Origin: Trichoplax sp. H2 | Taxonomy: Eukaryota | DNA: 64,000 nucleotides | Assembly: GCA_003344405.1 (NCBI GenBank) | Contig: NOWV01000121.1 | Span: forward strand, 124,001 to 188,000 | Reading direction: 5' to 3' | Shown here: piece by piece, positions 14,101-27,851 of the stretch | Layout of the letters: each line of letters starts with the position of its first letter | Position numbering within the stretch: the stretch's first letter is position 1 | Position numbers and translations under genes: made by a program | The notes under the pieces: generated by a model | The model's input: only the letters and a program-made list of their open reading frames with translations | What the model was told of the DNA's origin: nothing | The model's database searches: none

Positions 14101-16652
14101 ATCCAAAACTCACTACCTACACGATCTAAATTTGTAATAAATAATGCCAGTCAATTCGAAACTGTATACTCAACTTAGCTAGTAGGTAAAAGCATTTGTC
14201 AACGTCTTGCTAGAGTATAACTAACATCCTTTGCCTTTATCCATCGTCGGTATTGCTAAATCGATAATTTCTCTAATTATGAGACAGTAGCGTAAATTAA
14301 TAAATAATTCAGTGAAATCATCGTTAATAGATCGCTGAATAAAGCAGTTATTGTTGATACTGCAATCAAAAGCTTCGTCATCTTTACAGTCTATCGGTCG
14401 TAAGATTACCTTTCTTCTTGGTTTTTACGATAATCTTCGCTTTGATTCATGACTAACATGGCTGGATTAGTTTCCAGTATTTCTAGATTTTGAAATTAAA
14501 TAAAAACAATTATTATTTCACTAATCTGATGTATGTTATTCGTCTACAGTCCTAATATAAAACCTATCTTATATGTTTCTACTTAAGTAATTAGTAAACT
14601 AGTCAATAAACTGCATTATAGGATTACAAATTATTTTACACAGTTCAATGATAGTGCTACATACTGTATTATTGCATGATTCGTAAGTCTATATTATTAA
14701 ACAAACTTTGATTACTGGAAGTGATTATAAAGTACCGGTACCAAGTTAGTACTTATTAACTGGGTTAGATCACAGAATATGATATATAATAATTGTGTGT
14801 TTGCATAACATTAAAATATTTTCTAAGTTAAGCATCGGTTATAAGTTATATTGGATTAGCAACGAAATAGAGAATCAACTAGTTCTATATAATTTTAATA
14901 TCATTTAGTTTAAATCAATCGTGTGCCAAACTATTTTTACTTGCACAACGTTAAATTGATCTAACTCAGATGAAAAGTAATCTATAATTTAAATCATAAC
15001 GGATTCTGAATTTAACCTTACTCATAAAAATGATAATTTATTCCCTGGAATATAATAAAATCTAGTATAAAGTTATTTTTTAAACATAATGAACGTTATG
15101 TATGTTTACATATGAGCTATCTTGTTACACTTTTGCTCTCAGCTTTATGAAGATTTAAGTTTGTCCTACTACTATTCTGTTTCACTTTGTAAAGATTGCA
15201 GTTCTGGAACATATTTCTATCCTCAAAACTCTGTACCACTTTTTGTTTAAATGCATTATTTCGATTTCTTCAAAGCTTATTTTTAGTTTTAAGTAATTCC
15301 ATATATTGTATGACAATATTAGATATAACAAAAGCGATGTTTAACCAATAACGTACTAGATAAATACTGCTGTTGTGATTTTCGGTATCTCATATGCCTT
15401 TTCCAATTATCTAGAGCAGCTTCTTCATTTGCCTGAATTAACAATTGAAGTATTAACGGTTTAAAATGTTTTTATTATAGCGATTAATATCGTGATATTT
15501 AGAAATAATAAAAAGTTTCTTACACTTTTTGACATTGTAATATTATTATTTCCAGCAGTATCACTATCATTCGTATGTTGAACCGGTGATTCAATTATCT
15601 ATTTTAATAAAGCAATTTTACAGCATATTCGTATATAATTCAACGATCGTTAGCATCTATGATAAGTTTACTTACGAGATCGTATACTTCAGGTGATTTT
15701 AATGGCTAAAAAAAAGGATATATTAATAGCTATATATAATATATTTACATGTATGTTGATAGATAATGATATTAAAATTCGTAAGAAGTTTATGATTGAT
15801 CCTTCGTAAGTGCTCTTATAAAAATAAGTAAATCTTACTTGCTGCTGCTTTTTTAATGAAGTCGAATTAAAATCAGAAATGGAACCGAGAATGCTGTGAG
15901 GTATTAGTTGTCCTTTTCTATCTAGCCTTGGACCAGAGTGTAAAGGCTCTTTCGATGCTATCATTAGATGGAATGTACATAATACATCATATATATAATG
16001 TAACGATATTAATAGCTTTAAGATAGTTGATAATAGTTGATAAATAAAATCCTTACCATCCATACTCAGCATCACTGCAGATTCTGTAGCTTCCGATGCG
16101 GTAACCTTCGCTACGTATATACTATTTATAAGAAAGTTAAATATAGTTAATGTCGCAATATTTTTTAGAAAGATCTTTAGTTACGAATAATGCGCGATTC
16201 AAAAACAGACCATTTAGTTTTCGTATCAACCCCTGTATTGGTTATAACATTATCCGCTGGTTGCTTCCGAATCTTATATGTTACTGTAGGCTTCGAAGTT
16301 GCTGATTTATCCTCTTTCGGTTGATGTATCTAAGATTATTGTCAATACCCATACGCATTAATATGACATAAGATATATTTGCTAACCTATTAATATCACA
16401 ATAATACTTTGACAAATCAAACATCATTCCTACCTTAAATAGATCCTCATCTTTGATAATAAGCGGATCAAGGCTATTAACTGTGTTATGACCAATCTTT
16501 TGATTATTATTTGAATAGCTAGTTGTACTGAATTGAGGTAACGGTTTGTCTTCAGTTAAAGTGCTGTTATTGGTTGGGGCACCTTGTCCAGTACTATCTG
16601 GCGGTGTAGCTACCTTGTCCGGTGTCAAATCACGTTTCGGACGAGATTTCAT
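8160..16652 (-). CDS. MYCBPAP: MYCBP-associated protein (AMAP-1 family), multi-exon
   Basis: Exons encode GPRLDRKGQLIPHSILGS, EAALDNWKRHM, RVGSEFWMQPDRLG, LDIENLGTSTIYFSW, IMPGQKMKFPFTFKSSNPGIFTETWCMNTKPTLCGG and a C-terminal KYKEKLYSQVYNMM, all resembling MYCBPAP. ATG at 16652, TAG at 8160-8162. Confidence 0.88.
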
Positions 16653-17529
16653 TTTATCTACGTTGTAATATTCATTTAATATGTTAGAAATAATTTCTAA
16701 TCGATAATTTTAATTCCTGATTTAAAAAATAAATTTTAACTATTGTTTTTTTAACGTACTCAAAAATTTTGACATACGTATACTGTGCAATGTGCATGTA
16801 GTTACTTTTTTACGCTACTACCCAAATTTTTACTCAACAAGTGCTTGAAAGATATAATTCTATCATTCCTGTACTTATTTATTCAATATCCTATAAATAT
16901 TAATTCTACCGGTAGACTTGGGCCTTTCCTTCTTATTCGGTTTTACAGATGGCATTTTCGCTATGATATATTATACACACCAATATATATAATATGGTCT
17001 ATGTTTTAAATGTCCTACGATTGCAATAAAATATGAGCAGTTTTAAACATAGGTAGATTAAACCAGATTGGCAAAAATAATAAAATTTCTAGAGACAGAG
17101 ACTACGCGACATGTATATCCTAATCATAGTGACATGAGTGATACATTAAATTTCATTATCTTTTCGTGCTGCTCTACAGTATAAATAAATAAATTAACTT
17201 TTATCCAGATGTTATCGTTATAGTAAGAATACATTTTACGTATAGTCGCCATAGGAGAAAGATTGAGTACAATCAATACATCACTTTGTAGTTACCGATA
17301 ACTTACCCTGTGCCTATTCCTATCTATAACACATACACGAAACGATAATGAGTAACGAAATTTGGAGCTAGACTGTATGATGCATACATTTACTCGCATA
17401 AGACTATGCATGTAAAATTTAAACTATCGGCTTCTAATTTTATTTGGACACTTCTGTAGATAGATATTTTAATTTAAAAAAATCGATTACTATCTTCTAT
17501 ACCTTGATTTTAGTACGGGCATTAGCCAC

Positions 17530-18617
17530 AAATCATCCCTTATTCAAATGTTTCAATATTTACCACTGTTAGTATCGATTACTCCGTATTTGCTTGGTGT
17601 ATTCTGATCGTAAACGTCCGTTTGCCCTGGTCTCTAGTAGCCATAGCAACGATGGTCTAGTTTTATGCACTGTGTTTAGTGTGAATTGTACTGTAGACTT
17701 TCTCCTTAAGTACTGTATGATTAAGGTGAAGAGCGACAGCCCATACAGCGCAGTAGAGAAATTGATGATTGATAGAGACATTGTATAGTCCACGTGTACA
17801 GTACAGTACAGTATACATTGTACTGTAGCCCGGATTGTTCGTAATGACGTACTGTACAATGGTACATACTCTACTGTCCGATACTACAGGTAGTAGTATA
17901 CAAGATACTATAGCTGTATAATACAGTAGTTCAGCCAAAGTGAGCCAGCAGACAGACTACCGCTACAGCTAGTGACTTGACTTGACCAGACCNNNNNNNN
18001 NNNNNNNNNNNNAAATCATCCCTTATTCAAATGTTTCAATATTTACCACTGTTAGTATCGATTACTCCGTATTTGCTTGGTGTATTCTGATCGTAAACGT
18101 CCGTTTGCCCTGGTCTCTAGTAGCCATAGCAACGATGGTCTAATTTTATGCACTGTGTTTAGTGTGAATTGTACTGTAGACTTTCTCCTTAAGTACAGTA
18201 CTGTATGATTAAGGTTAAGAGCGATAGCCCATACAGTGCAGTAGAGAAATTGATGATTGATAGAGACATTGTATAGTCCACGTGTACAGTACAGTACAGT
18301 ACAGCGTGTATGGGAAGTTTTTGGAGATATAAATGTGTATTTCTATGAAACTGGGTGCTTACATTTCGATTATTTAACAATACCTGTACTGTACTGTACT
18401 GTACAGTACTGTACAGTATAGTACAGTATACAGTACATTGTACTGTAGCCCGGATTGTTCGTAATGACGTACTGTACAGTACAATGGTACATACTCTACT
18501 GTCCGATACTACAGGTAGTAGTATACAAGATACTATAGCTGTATAATACAGTAGTTCAGCCAAAGTGAGCCAGCAGACAGACTACCGCTACAGCTAGTGA
18601 CTTGACTTGACCAGACC
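17530..18617. repeat. Near-identical direct duplication (17530-17992 vs 18013-18617) flanking a 20-N gap; probably two uncollapsed haplotypes
   Basis: Both copies run from aaatcatcccttattc to cttgaccagacc. They differ by SNPs, two 5-bp indels and an ~130-bp indel. Confidence 0.85.
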
Positions 18618-18765
18618 GAGTACTGTACTGTAGATCTTGTATCAGAGGGTATGTACTCAGTCGGGACTACTTATTCCTAGGTCTTGTACCTATTTGAGTA
18701 CAGGCGGCGCCCACCTTGACGGGTACCATGCTTAGTACTGTACTGTACAGTGTACAGTACCTGCA
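17685..18765. promoter_or_regulatory. TACTG/CAGTA pentamer array in the divergent MYCBPAP / Sel1-A upstream region
   Basis: Dense gtacagtacag and ctgtactgtac tracts between two head-to-head genes. Function is inferred from position only. Confidence 0.5.
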
Positions 18766-19029
18766 GAGCTGCCATCGAGGACATCCAGCTTCAAAGGGCA
18801 ATTTCGAGGCTGGACGATTTCATCTTGGTGATCATTCTGTTTAAAACTACGTCGATTAATTGGATCTGATGTAAGTAATCTTGATAGCTTTCTTTCCTAT
18901 AGCGATTGTTGTTTATACACATAGTTAGATTGTGTAAGTACGTTAGTGTGCAGGTGCTATTTATTGTTTAACATCAGCAAGTAAAACAATCGACGTACTC
19001 AATTATACTTGTATTATAGACAGTACATT

Positions 19030-20580
19030 ATGATGGATGCAAGCCAGCCAGGCAAATTAGAGGATTACCAACGATTACTTTTGCAACCTTTCCTGTCCAA
19101 GAGATTGGAAAATGAGCTATATAATAAATTGATGAACTATTGTGAGAAGGAACGCGATTCCCATAGTTTATTTCAGCTAGGTTGCCTATATCAACAAGGT
19201 CTCGGCAAGTGCGAAAAGGATTTACATAAAGCTAAGCAGTTACTTGATAATGCAGCTAGACTGGGTCATGCTAGAGCTATGTACAATCTCTGTCAGCTTT
19301 ATGGAAGCCAACCATCTGCTCAATTTGCCAATGTTGTTAGTGAAAGTGAATTAATTGATATCAAAGTACATTGGTATATAGAATCTTCCTCTCAGGCTCT
19401 AGTCTATTCTAACTCTGGAATCGAGTTATGGAGTAATTATAATGCTTCAGTAGCTTGGCGTAAGGCTGTTATGGCAGAAAGGGCACGTTTGCTAGATAGA
19501 ATTTCCAAGAAAGATTACCAAGATATTCTCCAATTAGGCAAACTCATGAATCAGGTCAGTTACATTGCCCTACAACTAAGTACAGATGATAGCGGCTATA
19601 AGACTGCAATAGACGGCTTGGAATCGGCATGTCGTCTTGGTAGTGCTGATGCCTATTGGAATCTGGCTGCATTAGTATACCACAATGGTCTTGGTGTAAA
19701 CAAAGATGAGGAAAAAAAACTTCAACTCATGTATCAAGCAGCTGATAGCAACCATGTTAGAGCTCAATTTTGGTTAGGAGAGTATCTATTTTCATCATTA
19801 GTTGGTATGGAAGAACAGTGTACAAAGGCTTTGAAGTATATGAAGCAATCATTGCAATATCCTTTTGCTAGTACCCTATTCTGGATTGGCTATGGTCATT
19901 TGTTAGGTACCGGTGTAAGTCAAAATTATGCCCTTGCAGTACAATACTTTCAACTTGCTGCTGTTTCCTCCGATTACCTATTTGGCATCGGAAATAGTTC
20001 AGCTTGTAGTTGGTTGGCTTTTATGTATACCAAGGGGCTAGGTATGACAATAGACTTTACGATGGCGTCTCATTATTACGCTATGGCAGCAAAATCAGGA
20101 AATAAGCATTCATTTAATGATTTAGCCAAACTAATAGAAAAAAGGAAAATTTCTTGTTGCGAGTTAGATATCGCGATTAAATTATACAGCATAGGTGCTG
20201 GGGAGAACGTGGAAGATACGTCGTCTTATTATGCCAGACTTAGACTTGGAAAAATATACTCGAACAAACGCTATCATAAAATTTACAATCAAGAGAAAGC
20301 TACTGAGTACTTTACTCAAGCATTACACTTACTGAAATCGTCTGTTTGTAAGGATACACGTTCCTATCGTTACTATCACTTGGGAATCATTTACGAAAAT
20401 GGATATAATACTGATGTAGATTATTCTCAAGCAGCTAAATATTATTCATTGGCGAAAGAAGCAGCTGCTAAGGTTTATGATATATTAGATAGATATTACG
20501 GAAAGAAGGCCGAAAAAAGACTTACTAAAATTATGAATTTAACGCTAGCAAAAAAAGAAAGTAAACAAACAACAGTTTAA
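19030..20580 (+). CDS. Sel1-like repeat (SLR/TPR) protein A, single coding exon, ~516 aa
   Basis: Long ORF with repeated SLR motifs: LFQLGCLYQQGLG..KDLHKA, AMYNL, AQFWLG, LGTGVSQNYALAVQYF, LGIIYENGYNTDVDYSQAAKYY. First ATG is at 19030, after a putative 5'UTR intron 18871-19019. Confidence 0.9.
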   Translation: MMDASQPGKLEDYQRLLLQPFLSKRLENELYNKLMNYCEKERDSHSLFQLGCLYQQGLGKCEKDLHKAKQLLDNAARLGHARAMYNLCQLYGSQPSAQFANVVSESELIDIKVHWYIESSSQALVYSNSGIELWSNYNASVAWRKAVMAERARLLDRISKKDYQDILQLGKLMNQVSYIALQLSTDDSGYKTAIDGLESACRLGSADAYWNLAALVYHNGLGVNKDEEKKLQLMYQAADSNHVRAQFWLGEYLFSSLVGMEEQCTKALKYMKQSLQYPFASTLFWIGYGHLLGTGVSQNYALAVQYFQLAAVSSDYLFGIGNSSACSWLAFMYTKGLGMTIDFTMASHYYAMAAKSGNKHSFNDLAKLIEKRKISCCELDIAIKLYSIGAGENVEDTSSYYARLRLGKIYSNKRYHKIYNQEKATEYFTQALHLLKSSVCKDTRSYRYYHLGIIYENGYNTDVDYSQAAKYYSLAKEAAAKVYDILDRYYGKKAEKRLTKIMNLTLAKKESKQTTV

Positions 20581-20889
20581 AACACTAAAGATAAATCATA
20601 AATTTATAAAATACTGTAAAAAGATCGATACTTGGACGATACATAGAAATATTACGATTGAACATTTTTGATTTTCTTTATTCAATTTACTTATTTATAT
20701 GCGTAGAATGAAATGTAATATCTTTTATATACTTCAAATACCCACATTGTTGACACTACACTGAAGGGGTGTCAACTACTTATGCAAAATATAGTAAAAT
20801 ATTGCAGGCGCAAGGTATATATATATACATCAGGGATAGATCTTATTGTCATTTGTTAATAAAACTTTCTCCGGAACCCTTTATAGTTC

Positions 20890-23800
20890 TCATAAACTGA
20901 ATTCGTCACATTCACTTGATGATATTAAATATGATGTTGAAAGCTCGCTGTTACTTGTATTATCCTGATGGTCAGTTCCTATTTTTATTGTAGACAAATA
21001 AATAAATTAAATTCTTTTCAGAAATTAAATCGTAAAATATTATCTTTAAAGATTGCAAAGTACTGAAATCAAAAAGTTTACCTTCATGAACATTGAAACT
21101 ATGAGCAATCGCTGAAACATTAAAATTTGGCATTTCGTTCGAAGCAGACATAGTCCATATGTACGGTTCATCACTATCGCAATGTAAAAAAAGGTACTAC
21201 GAATTCATAATCACGACAATTTTAGTAATAACAACAAGACTATGTTATCATCTTACGCAGGCACTATACTTTTTCCGTCACAAAATGCTGGCAATGAAAG
21301 AGCGAAAGCCATTAACTGATGGCTATCCTTGTAATATTGAAGTGCGGCTCTAATAAGTTTAAAAAAATATAAATATTTTACCTATCTTATTAAAATGTAT
21401 CGCTTAAACCACCTAATTCACTATCATCTACAAACTTTAGCAGCTTTTCGATTATAGATCCACTTGGGTTTAGTTGAGTTTTAACGATAGCTAACATATC
21501 AAGGATTGAATGCATTTTCTTTAGATACTGTAATTTATCTTCCATATTTCCACCATACTGCAAATAATCATCCAATTGCTGCATCATCCTCACTGTTGAG
21601 ATGTCTTCAGATAGTTTAATAAAACATATCTGTAAACTTTCATGGTTACATTTAGGTACTAACCTTAATTGGTTCTTTAATAAATAACCTTATAATACTA
21701 ATAACTTATTACCCGCTATATAATTCAGATAATCTTTTCTGAGTTTGTCCAAACCAATTTCTACTAAACAATCAATAGGTCGTTTATCTCCAGGCCTAAT
21801 ATAATGTAATTATATATTTTAATCCAAGATAACCAATATATATACAAGGCGAAGTAATTTCACTTTGCTATTGAATCAATTAGATACCCTTACCAATTGA
21901 ATTTGAAATTCGTTTCATTTTTATCCTTAATTAGTCCAGACTTTAAATTTAAAGTGAAACTTTAATGAAATCTAATGGAAGCACAGATTATCGTATTTTT
22001 TAATAAATATTTTACAATACCAAATTAGTTAGAGTTATTTCTAGTAATCTTCCAATTGCAGTGGCTAGCGAATTTTGATGCAACGGGTCAAGCTAATCCA
22101 AAAAAATACAATAAACTCTTTCGATGTTATTTAATTAAAACTGCATATTTTACGAAATGTAATAGCTCATCGCTACCTGTGGCAATAATCTTCCGTCTGC
22201 AAGTTTTTGGGCAATGTAGGAAACTGCCTCGGTAAGTTCATTTAGGTTATTACAATCTAATTAGCAAATGACTGCATTAGAAATGACAGGATACATCGCA
22301 ACACTTCGCAGTAACGTAGTAAATTATATACATAATACTGAGCTTGCATGTATACGTATGTTCGTATCTATTTTAGCAATCATGGATGTTAAGTTAGCAT
22401 CTGTCTATTACAGGTACGTCTCGAGACTAATAAGGCATACATTTTAAAATTATCCATATTTTATCAACGAAGTCAAAATCAGATCGAGGACATATTATAT
22501 ACGATGAAATTGAAGAGTCCAAGCAGGAATCTGATTTATCAAGAAACTAGAAAACAAATAATATACGTATTATTGCCAATCATAATAATTAAATAAATGT
22601 CTAAAAAGTACTGCATATTTTAACTACGACATACTTCATCATTGGATGAAATTTGAATAGGTTTGCTTGGATCTGAAGAGTAAAGAGAAAGAAATTTACT
22701 TGTACATATGTTGTCATCAAACACCAAGTTTATCTTAGTGCTGCTTTTGAATATTTTAGGAGAAATATGAATCAATCTTGTCTTAACTGGATAATTATAA
22801 ACATTAACATCCTACGCACCTTGAAGGAATGATTTTACCGACGACATTACGTCGACCTTGTAACCACAATGAGTCGGCCATATTTCTACATCTTTGTTAG
22901 AATACATCCAATATTTCTGATACAGAAATATTATAATCAGGCAAAATACGATGTAGATGTAAACAACATGGTCTAACTTGAAAGTTATTAAGTTATAAGT
23001 TGTTACTTCAAGAATTTCGAACTCTTTGTAAGCCCAGTTTATCGGAGATCTAGGATCGCCTGGGAACCCTTTAATAGTCTAGGCACATAATAACATGTTT
23101 AGTATCCTGCAAATATAAAGCAAATACCGCATTAAAAGGATAACCTTACTAGGATTGCATCGGACATCAAGGCCGGTTTTTCAATTAATGTATTTAAGCC
23201 TTGCCATACTAACTCCAGCGTTAAACTACTCTTCAACTTGGAGTCCTGTTACATAAACAAATATCATTAATTGTTGAAAGTGAAACATGACACTAAATTC
23301 GATAGTTGTAAGTAACATAAATTAAATGCCCATGTGGTTCTTTAGCAAGTATCTGAATTAAATCTTACCTCACTAATCGGGCTAAGTAGTCGATACTGTG
23401 CATATCCTTGCGCTTTCATCTAATACAAAGTTAGCTCAGAATTAAGAATTGTTTATAAGAATTTTAATGCTGATATTTGCCAATTTTTGGCGGGATCGTA
23501 CTTTAGATTCGGCCGTCATTCCTCTAGCTGTAAGACGATTCTCTAATTTTGGTACATCACTTCGCTTATATAATTTTTCTGTGTAACACAACCATTCATA
23601 CTAATTTAAGCTAATACATTTTTAGCGGAATAAATAATCTCTCCTTAAAATATAGAGTTTAATAGTATCAATCACCTTCAGTCGAAACGGTCCATGTCGA
23701 CAGCTTTGTGACTGTGAGTTCAATCGGTTTATGAAACGAATTAGATATTAAAAAACTATCATTAGAAAAAGTAGAGACTGTACTGATTCAATCCTATTGG

Positions 23801-26513
23801 TATAACATTTTAATCTATGGAAATTATGGGTATCTTACAACTATCCTGTACGGAAGTCACGATTCCTAAGTATATCGAAGCACCATTCTTCGTAGTTAAA
23901 ATCCAGCAGGGTTTTGCAATCGTTTGCCCATTTCTGACAGGGCTAGTATGAGATAACGCAAAATACGATAACAGTTGCCTGCAACAATAGCAAGAAATAC
24001 CACGATGACATACCATTTCGATTTTCTCATATCTAACTAGTAATACAAGAAAAAAAATAAATTTGAACTAACGTTCTTACCTAGCGCTAGCATATGGTAG
24101 TGGGATCATAGAATCAGCTGCAATATTCCATGAAACAACTTCATGTAAGTTATCTGAGTGAAATGTCTAGACAGTTATAAAAATAAAAAATAAAAATATT
24201 TTAAAAATGGTTTCGTCAATAACACGGTATTTCTTATCAGTAACATCACGAAAATATTAACTGTTCTAAAGTATAAGGCGTTAACTTCATTTCTAAGCTT
24301 AGATACTTAACCTCGAAAATATTGATCATTTGGCCAAGGGCATCATTTGCTGGACCTATGCGAACGAATCTTTCTGCCGTCAGGGTCAATGAGACAGGAT
24401 ATTCTTCACCGTCTTCTTCTTCGAAGGACGTAGATTCGTAACTGTTATTGAACTGATTTTGATCATTTACTGACGATACTTCATCTTGAATTAATGCCTA
24501 AATTGAAAATAAATATTACATTATAATAAGCGCAACACTATGCAACATTCTCTATTGATACCTATCAGTCTATCACTCTCAGTAATGCCATTCTTGAGAT
24601 AATTTAATTAAAGTACATATATCGCACTATAAGCCAAAAATTTACTGTAAGTACTAACAGTTCGCGAATATCCAGTTACGAGATAAAATCCACTTTTACC
24701 CGAAGCCAAATTAACTTTAGGATGGTTTACACCCTCTGGTATCATATAAACGTTGCAAATTTCCTTTAAAGTTAAAATAATTAAATTAACCGAGAATATT
24801 ATTATAATTCGTTTTGACATTATCTACAGGTATACTATACAGTATATATAAGTTATACCTAGGAAGAAAAAAGAAATAATTATCACAAAATTTATATCTG
24901 ACGTATCGAAATATCCTGTTACTCTAATAGTACATATATATATATATACTGCTCCAGGCGAGGACTTCTAAGAGGAAATTTGTAAAAAGTCTCTGACTGT
25001 AATTATACAGACATTCTGGCATATCAGTGCCATATAGGATGTTTATACAATACAAAGTATAAGTTAAATAATCTAGCTTAGCAATAGCCGTTGTAAACCG
25101 GATACAGTCAAATTATGGTCCACTCAGATGAATGGATAGTATTTCTATCTATTACATCGTACAATATTATTTATTAAGTAATGTAGAGTTGCAGACTTCA
25201 TGCAATGTTAAACGGTTATACGTTCCGCGTACGATACAAATATTCTAATACCTTACACATTTACATGTAGTAAAATGCTGGATGAGAGGAAAATTTTCTA
25301 ATTACATCATGCATCAGCAAGTTCACTATTCTCGTAAACATAAGGTCGAAAACGCTATTTTTGCGCCCTGTAACACTAGTAAGAATTGAGAGAGTTGCCC
25401 AACTCCTAGCCTGCTATTTCAATATTACTGAATAATGTAGCATTGAGGCGTTAACTACTCGATTTCTGCAATAGTTGGCGGATTTAATTTTATCTCACCT
25501 TTGTCTTTCCACTAGCTATCCTTTTACAGTACGATGCATGCATTTACAACTGCACATGCATAACTAATTGATCACTTTATTGGGGCTGATAAATCCTACG
25601 TTATATATTACAATAAATATTATATTTTATAAGATCCTAGTGTACTTATAGTGAATAATAAATAATGTATTGGGCGAAGCTAATTTGGAATGAAGATTCA
25701 GCGAAATTAAATATCGTTGTGCGCACGAAGCAGTTATGTCTATGCTAGTTGACTGCTGTACCTTGAATTGGGTCGGGAAAATCTGAAAGCTATTTCTCGA
25801 CTCATGTCGTAAATCTTCGGCTTTCAAACTACCTCAGAAAAAAATAAAAGCAATTTAGTCATGGATTGTATAGCACACAGTTTAGTAAAATTGCTTCTTT
25901 ATATTCTTCTTCTTCTTTTAATACGAACATCGCAAAGTGCTTCTGTATACGCTTACTCCTATCTTACACAATTACAGAAGCTAAAACAACTATACAGTCT
26001 CATAGTACTGCATTTAAGTAAATATCCTTCAGTTGTATGTATGGCACACAGTTTAGTAAAATTGCTTCTTTATATCCTTCTTCTTTTAATACGAACATCG
26101 CAAAGTGCATCTGTATACGCTTACTCCTATCTTACACAATTACAGAAGCTAAAAAAAAAACTATACTGTCTCACAGTACTGCATTTGAGTAATGTAAATA
26201 TCCTTCAGTTGTATGTATGGCACACAGTTTAGTAAAATTGCTTCTTTATATCCTTCTTCTTTTAATACGAACATCGTAAAGTGCTTCTGTATACGCTTAC
26301 TCCTCCTATCTTACACAATTACAGAAGCTAAAAAAACTATACTGTCTCACAGTACTGCATTTGAGTAATGTAAATATCCTTCAGTAGTATGTATTTAGTC
26401 CTACTATAATAAAATGTAAGCAAGATTTGAGAAATGAAATGATAGACCATCATTTTATTGTACCTTATAAGAAATTGAAGAAAGTTCTCAGAATCGCTTT
26501 GCAACCTTTCCAT
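20890..26513 (-). CDS. ZWILCH: Kinetochore RZZ-complex subunit Zwilch, multi-exon
   Basis: First exon MERLQSDSENFLQFLI (26464-26513) resembles the vertebrate Zwilch N-terminus. Internal PRSDFDFVDKIWIILK, CNNLNELTEAV..KLADGRLLPQ and PIDCLVEIGLDKLRKDYLNY match Zwilch motifs. TGA at 20890-20892. Exons at 24.8-25.9 kb are less certain. Confidence 0.85.
25868..26395. repeat. Tandem repeat, 3 units of ~175 bp, in ZWILCH intron 1
   Basis: The unit gcacacagtttagtaaaattgcttc...cttcagt recurs at about 25870, 26040 and 26218. Confidence 0.9.
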
Positions 26514-26664
26514 TTTACATCACCCGCCAAATTTTGTACTTCAATACTGATCGTATAAATTGTATTGTTTCCATACGGCAATAACAAGTCGAAGAGCAAT
26601 TGCGACAGCGGCTGCGCGACTTAAAGGGACCTTGAATGAAAACAGTGCCAGCACACTGATTACA

Positions 26665-26960
26665 GACTGTACAGTACAGTACTAGAGCCTCTAAGGATCT
26701 GCACTGTACTGTACACTGTACCGTACAGTGTACAATACTAAGCTGTACAGTGTACAATACTAAGCTATACTAGTGTACTGTATTGGTTCGATTTGTAATT
26801 ACTGTACAGTCAGTACCTTACTGTATAAATTCCCTTATACTGTACAGTATTGAGAAAATTCATAGTTACGCAACTGTACTGTACCTTATAATTCTCTTAT
26901 ATTGAGAAATTCATAATTACATACAGTAGGTCCTTTCTATACTGTACAGTGTACAGTACA
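26665..26960. promoter_or_regulatory. TACTG/CAGTA array upstream of ZWILCH
   Basis: Dense ctgtacagtacag-type tracts 150-450 bp upstream of the ATG. Confidence 0.5.
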
Positions 26961-27851
26961 TATTTTCCTGTAATGGCGTAGCCCCAAATTTGTTTCTTTT
27001 GAATGATATGGTACTTTTTCAATTTGCGCAGTGCACATGGATACTACTGTAAATAATGCAGTCTTATGTACAAAGTGGTCTTTATTCGATACTACGCTAT
27101 AGTTGTTCGATTTGTAATTAGAATGCGTTGTAAGTGTCAACGGCGTACGTACAGTATATAAGCCGCCGCTTTTCATTACAGTAAAGAGAGAGAGTAGGAG
27201 TTAGTTGTTACTTTGACAATAACTTCAACCACGCCTACAATCTCTTGTCTCCCATGTTGATGGAGAGCAGGACGAAGCTTCAACACGGTTGTTAGTATTA
27301 ACTCTCCATAGCAATAACACAACAGTTTTCATGGTCTCCGGACCAGACTCTGCTGAGAATAGAAATGATGAACAACTTTGAACTCGGGTTTGCAACCCGT
27401 CCCAATTTTGTTACTCGGCTATGAAAACCCGGGTGCAATCCTTAGTCACAACTAGTCCACTTTATTATTGAAAGTTTGAGTCATTCACTGAGCATTATAC
27501 AGTAAATTAAAATTCTGTAGTTGGATTGTATTATTTTACAAAAGGTTAAAATTTTACAACTACAATATTTTTTATTTTATAGTAATTTGGTAAGGAGAAA
27601 TAATTGAAAGATATTACATCATTTTTGGACATTTTCAAGTATTGCATTCCATTCATATTGCTAGGTATACAATATTAACTAGACCCTTTCTATTTGAAAG
27701 TTCCGTATGCTTGAAGACGGTTTAATCAGATATCATGATTTCTCGAACAACATACAGTACGACATCTCATACATAGAGATATCTCTAAATATGCCTGGAG
27801 TTCGGTGGCGTACGGGGGGAAAAAATAGGTTTTATCGTTGTGAAGAATAAA

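Noticed and set aside
15706-15722. ATATCCTT U12-type donor-like motif on the minus strand
   Set aside because: It is part of the polypyrimidine tract just before a normal AG acceptor; the introns I traced were GT-AG.
17569-18563. Overlapping ORFs rich in Y/C/T/V/Q/S (also at 26.5, 39.3 and 47.7-48.4 kb)
   Set aside because: Translations of the stop-poor TACTG/CAGTA arrays, not proteins.
17530-18617. True tandem duplication of a promoter
   Set aside because: The copies abut a scaffold gap exactly, which is typical of uncollapsed alleles; not accepted as a real duplication without reads.
25861-26232. 123-aa ORF with an internal repeat
   Set aside because: Translation of the intronic tandem repeat, antisense to ZWILCH.
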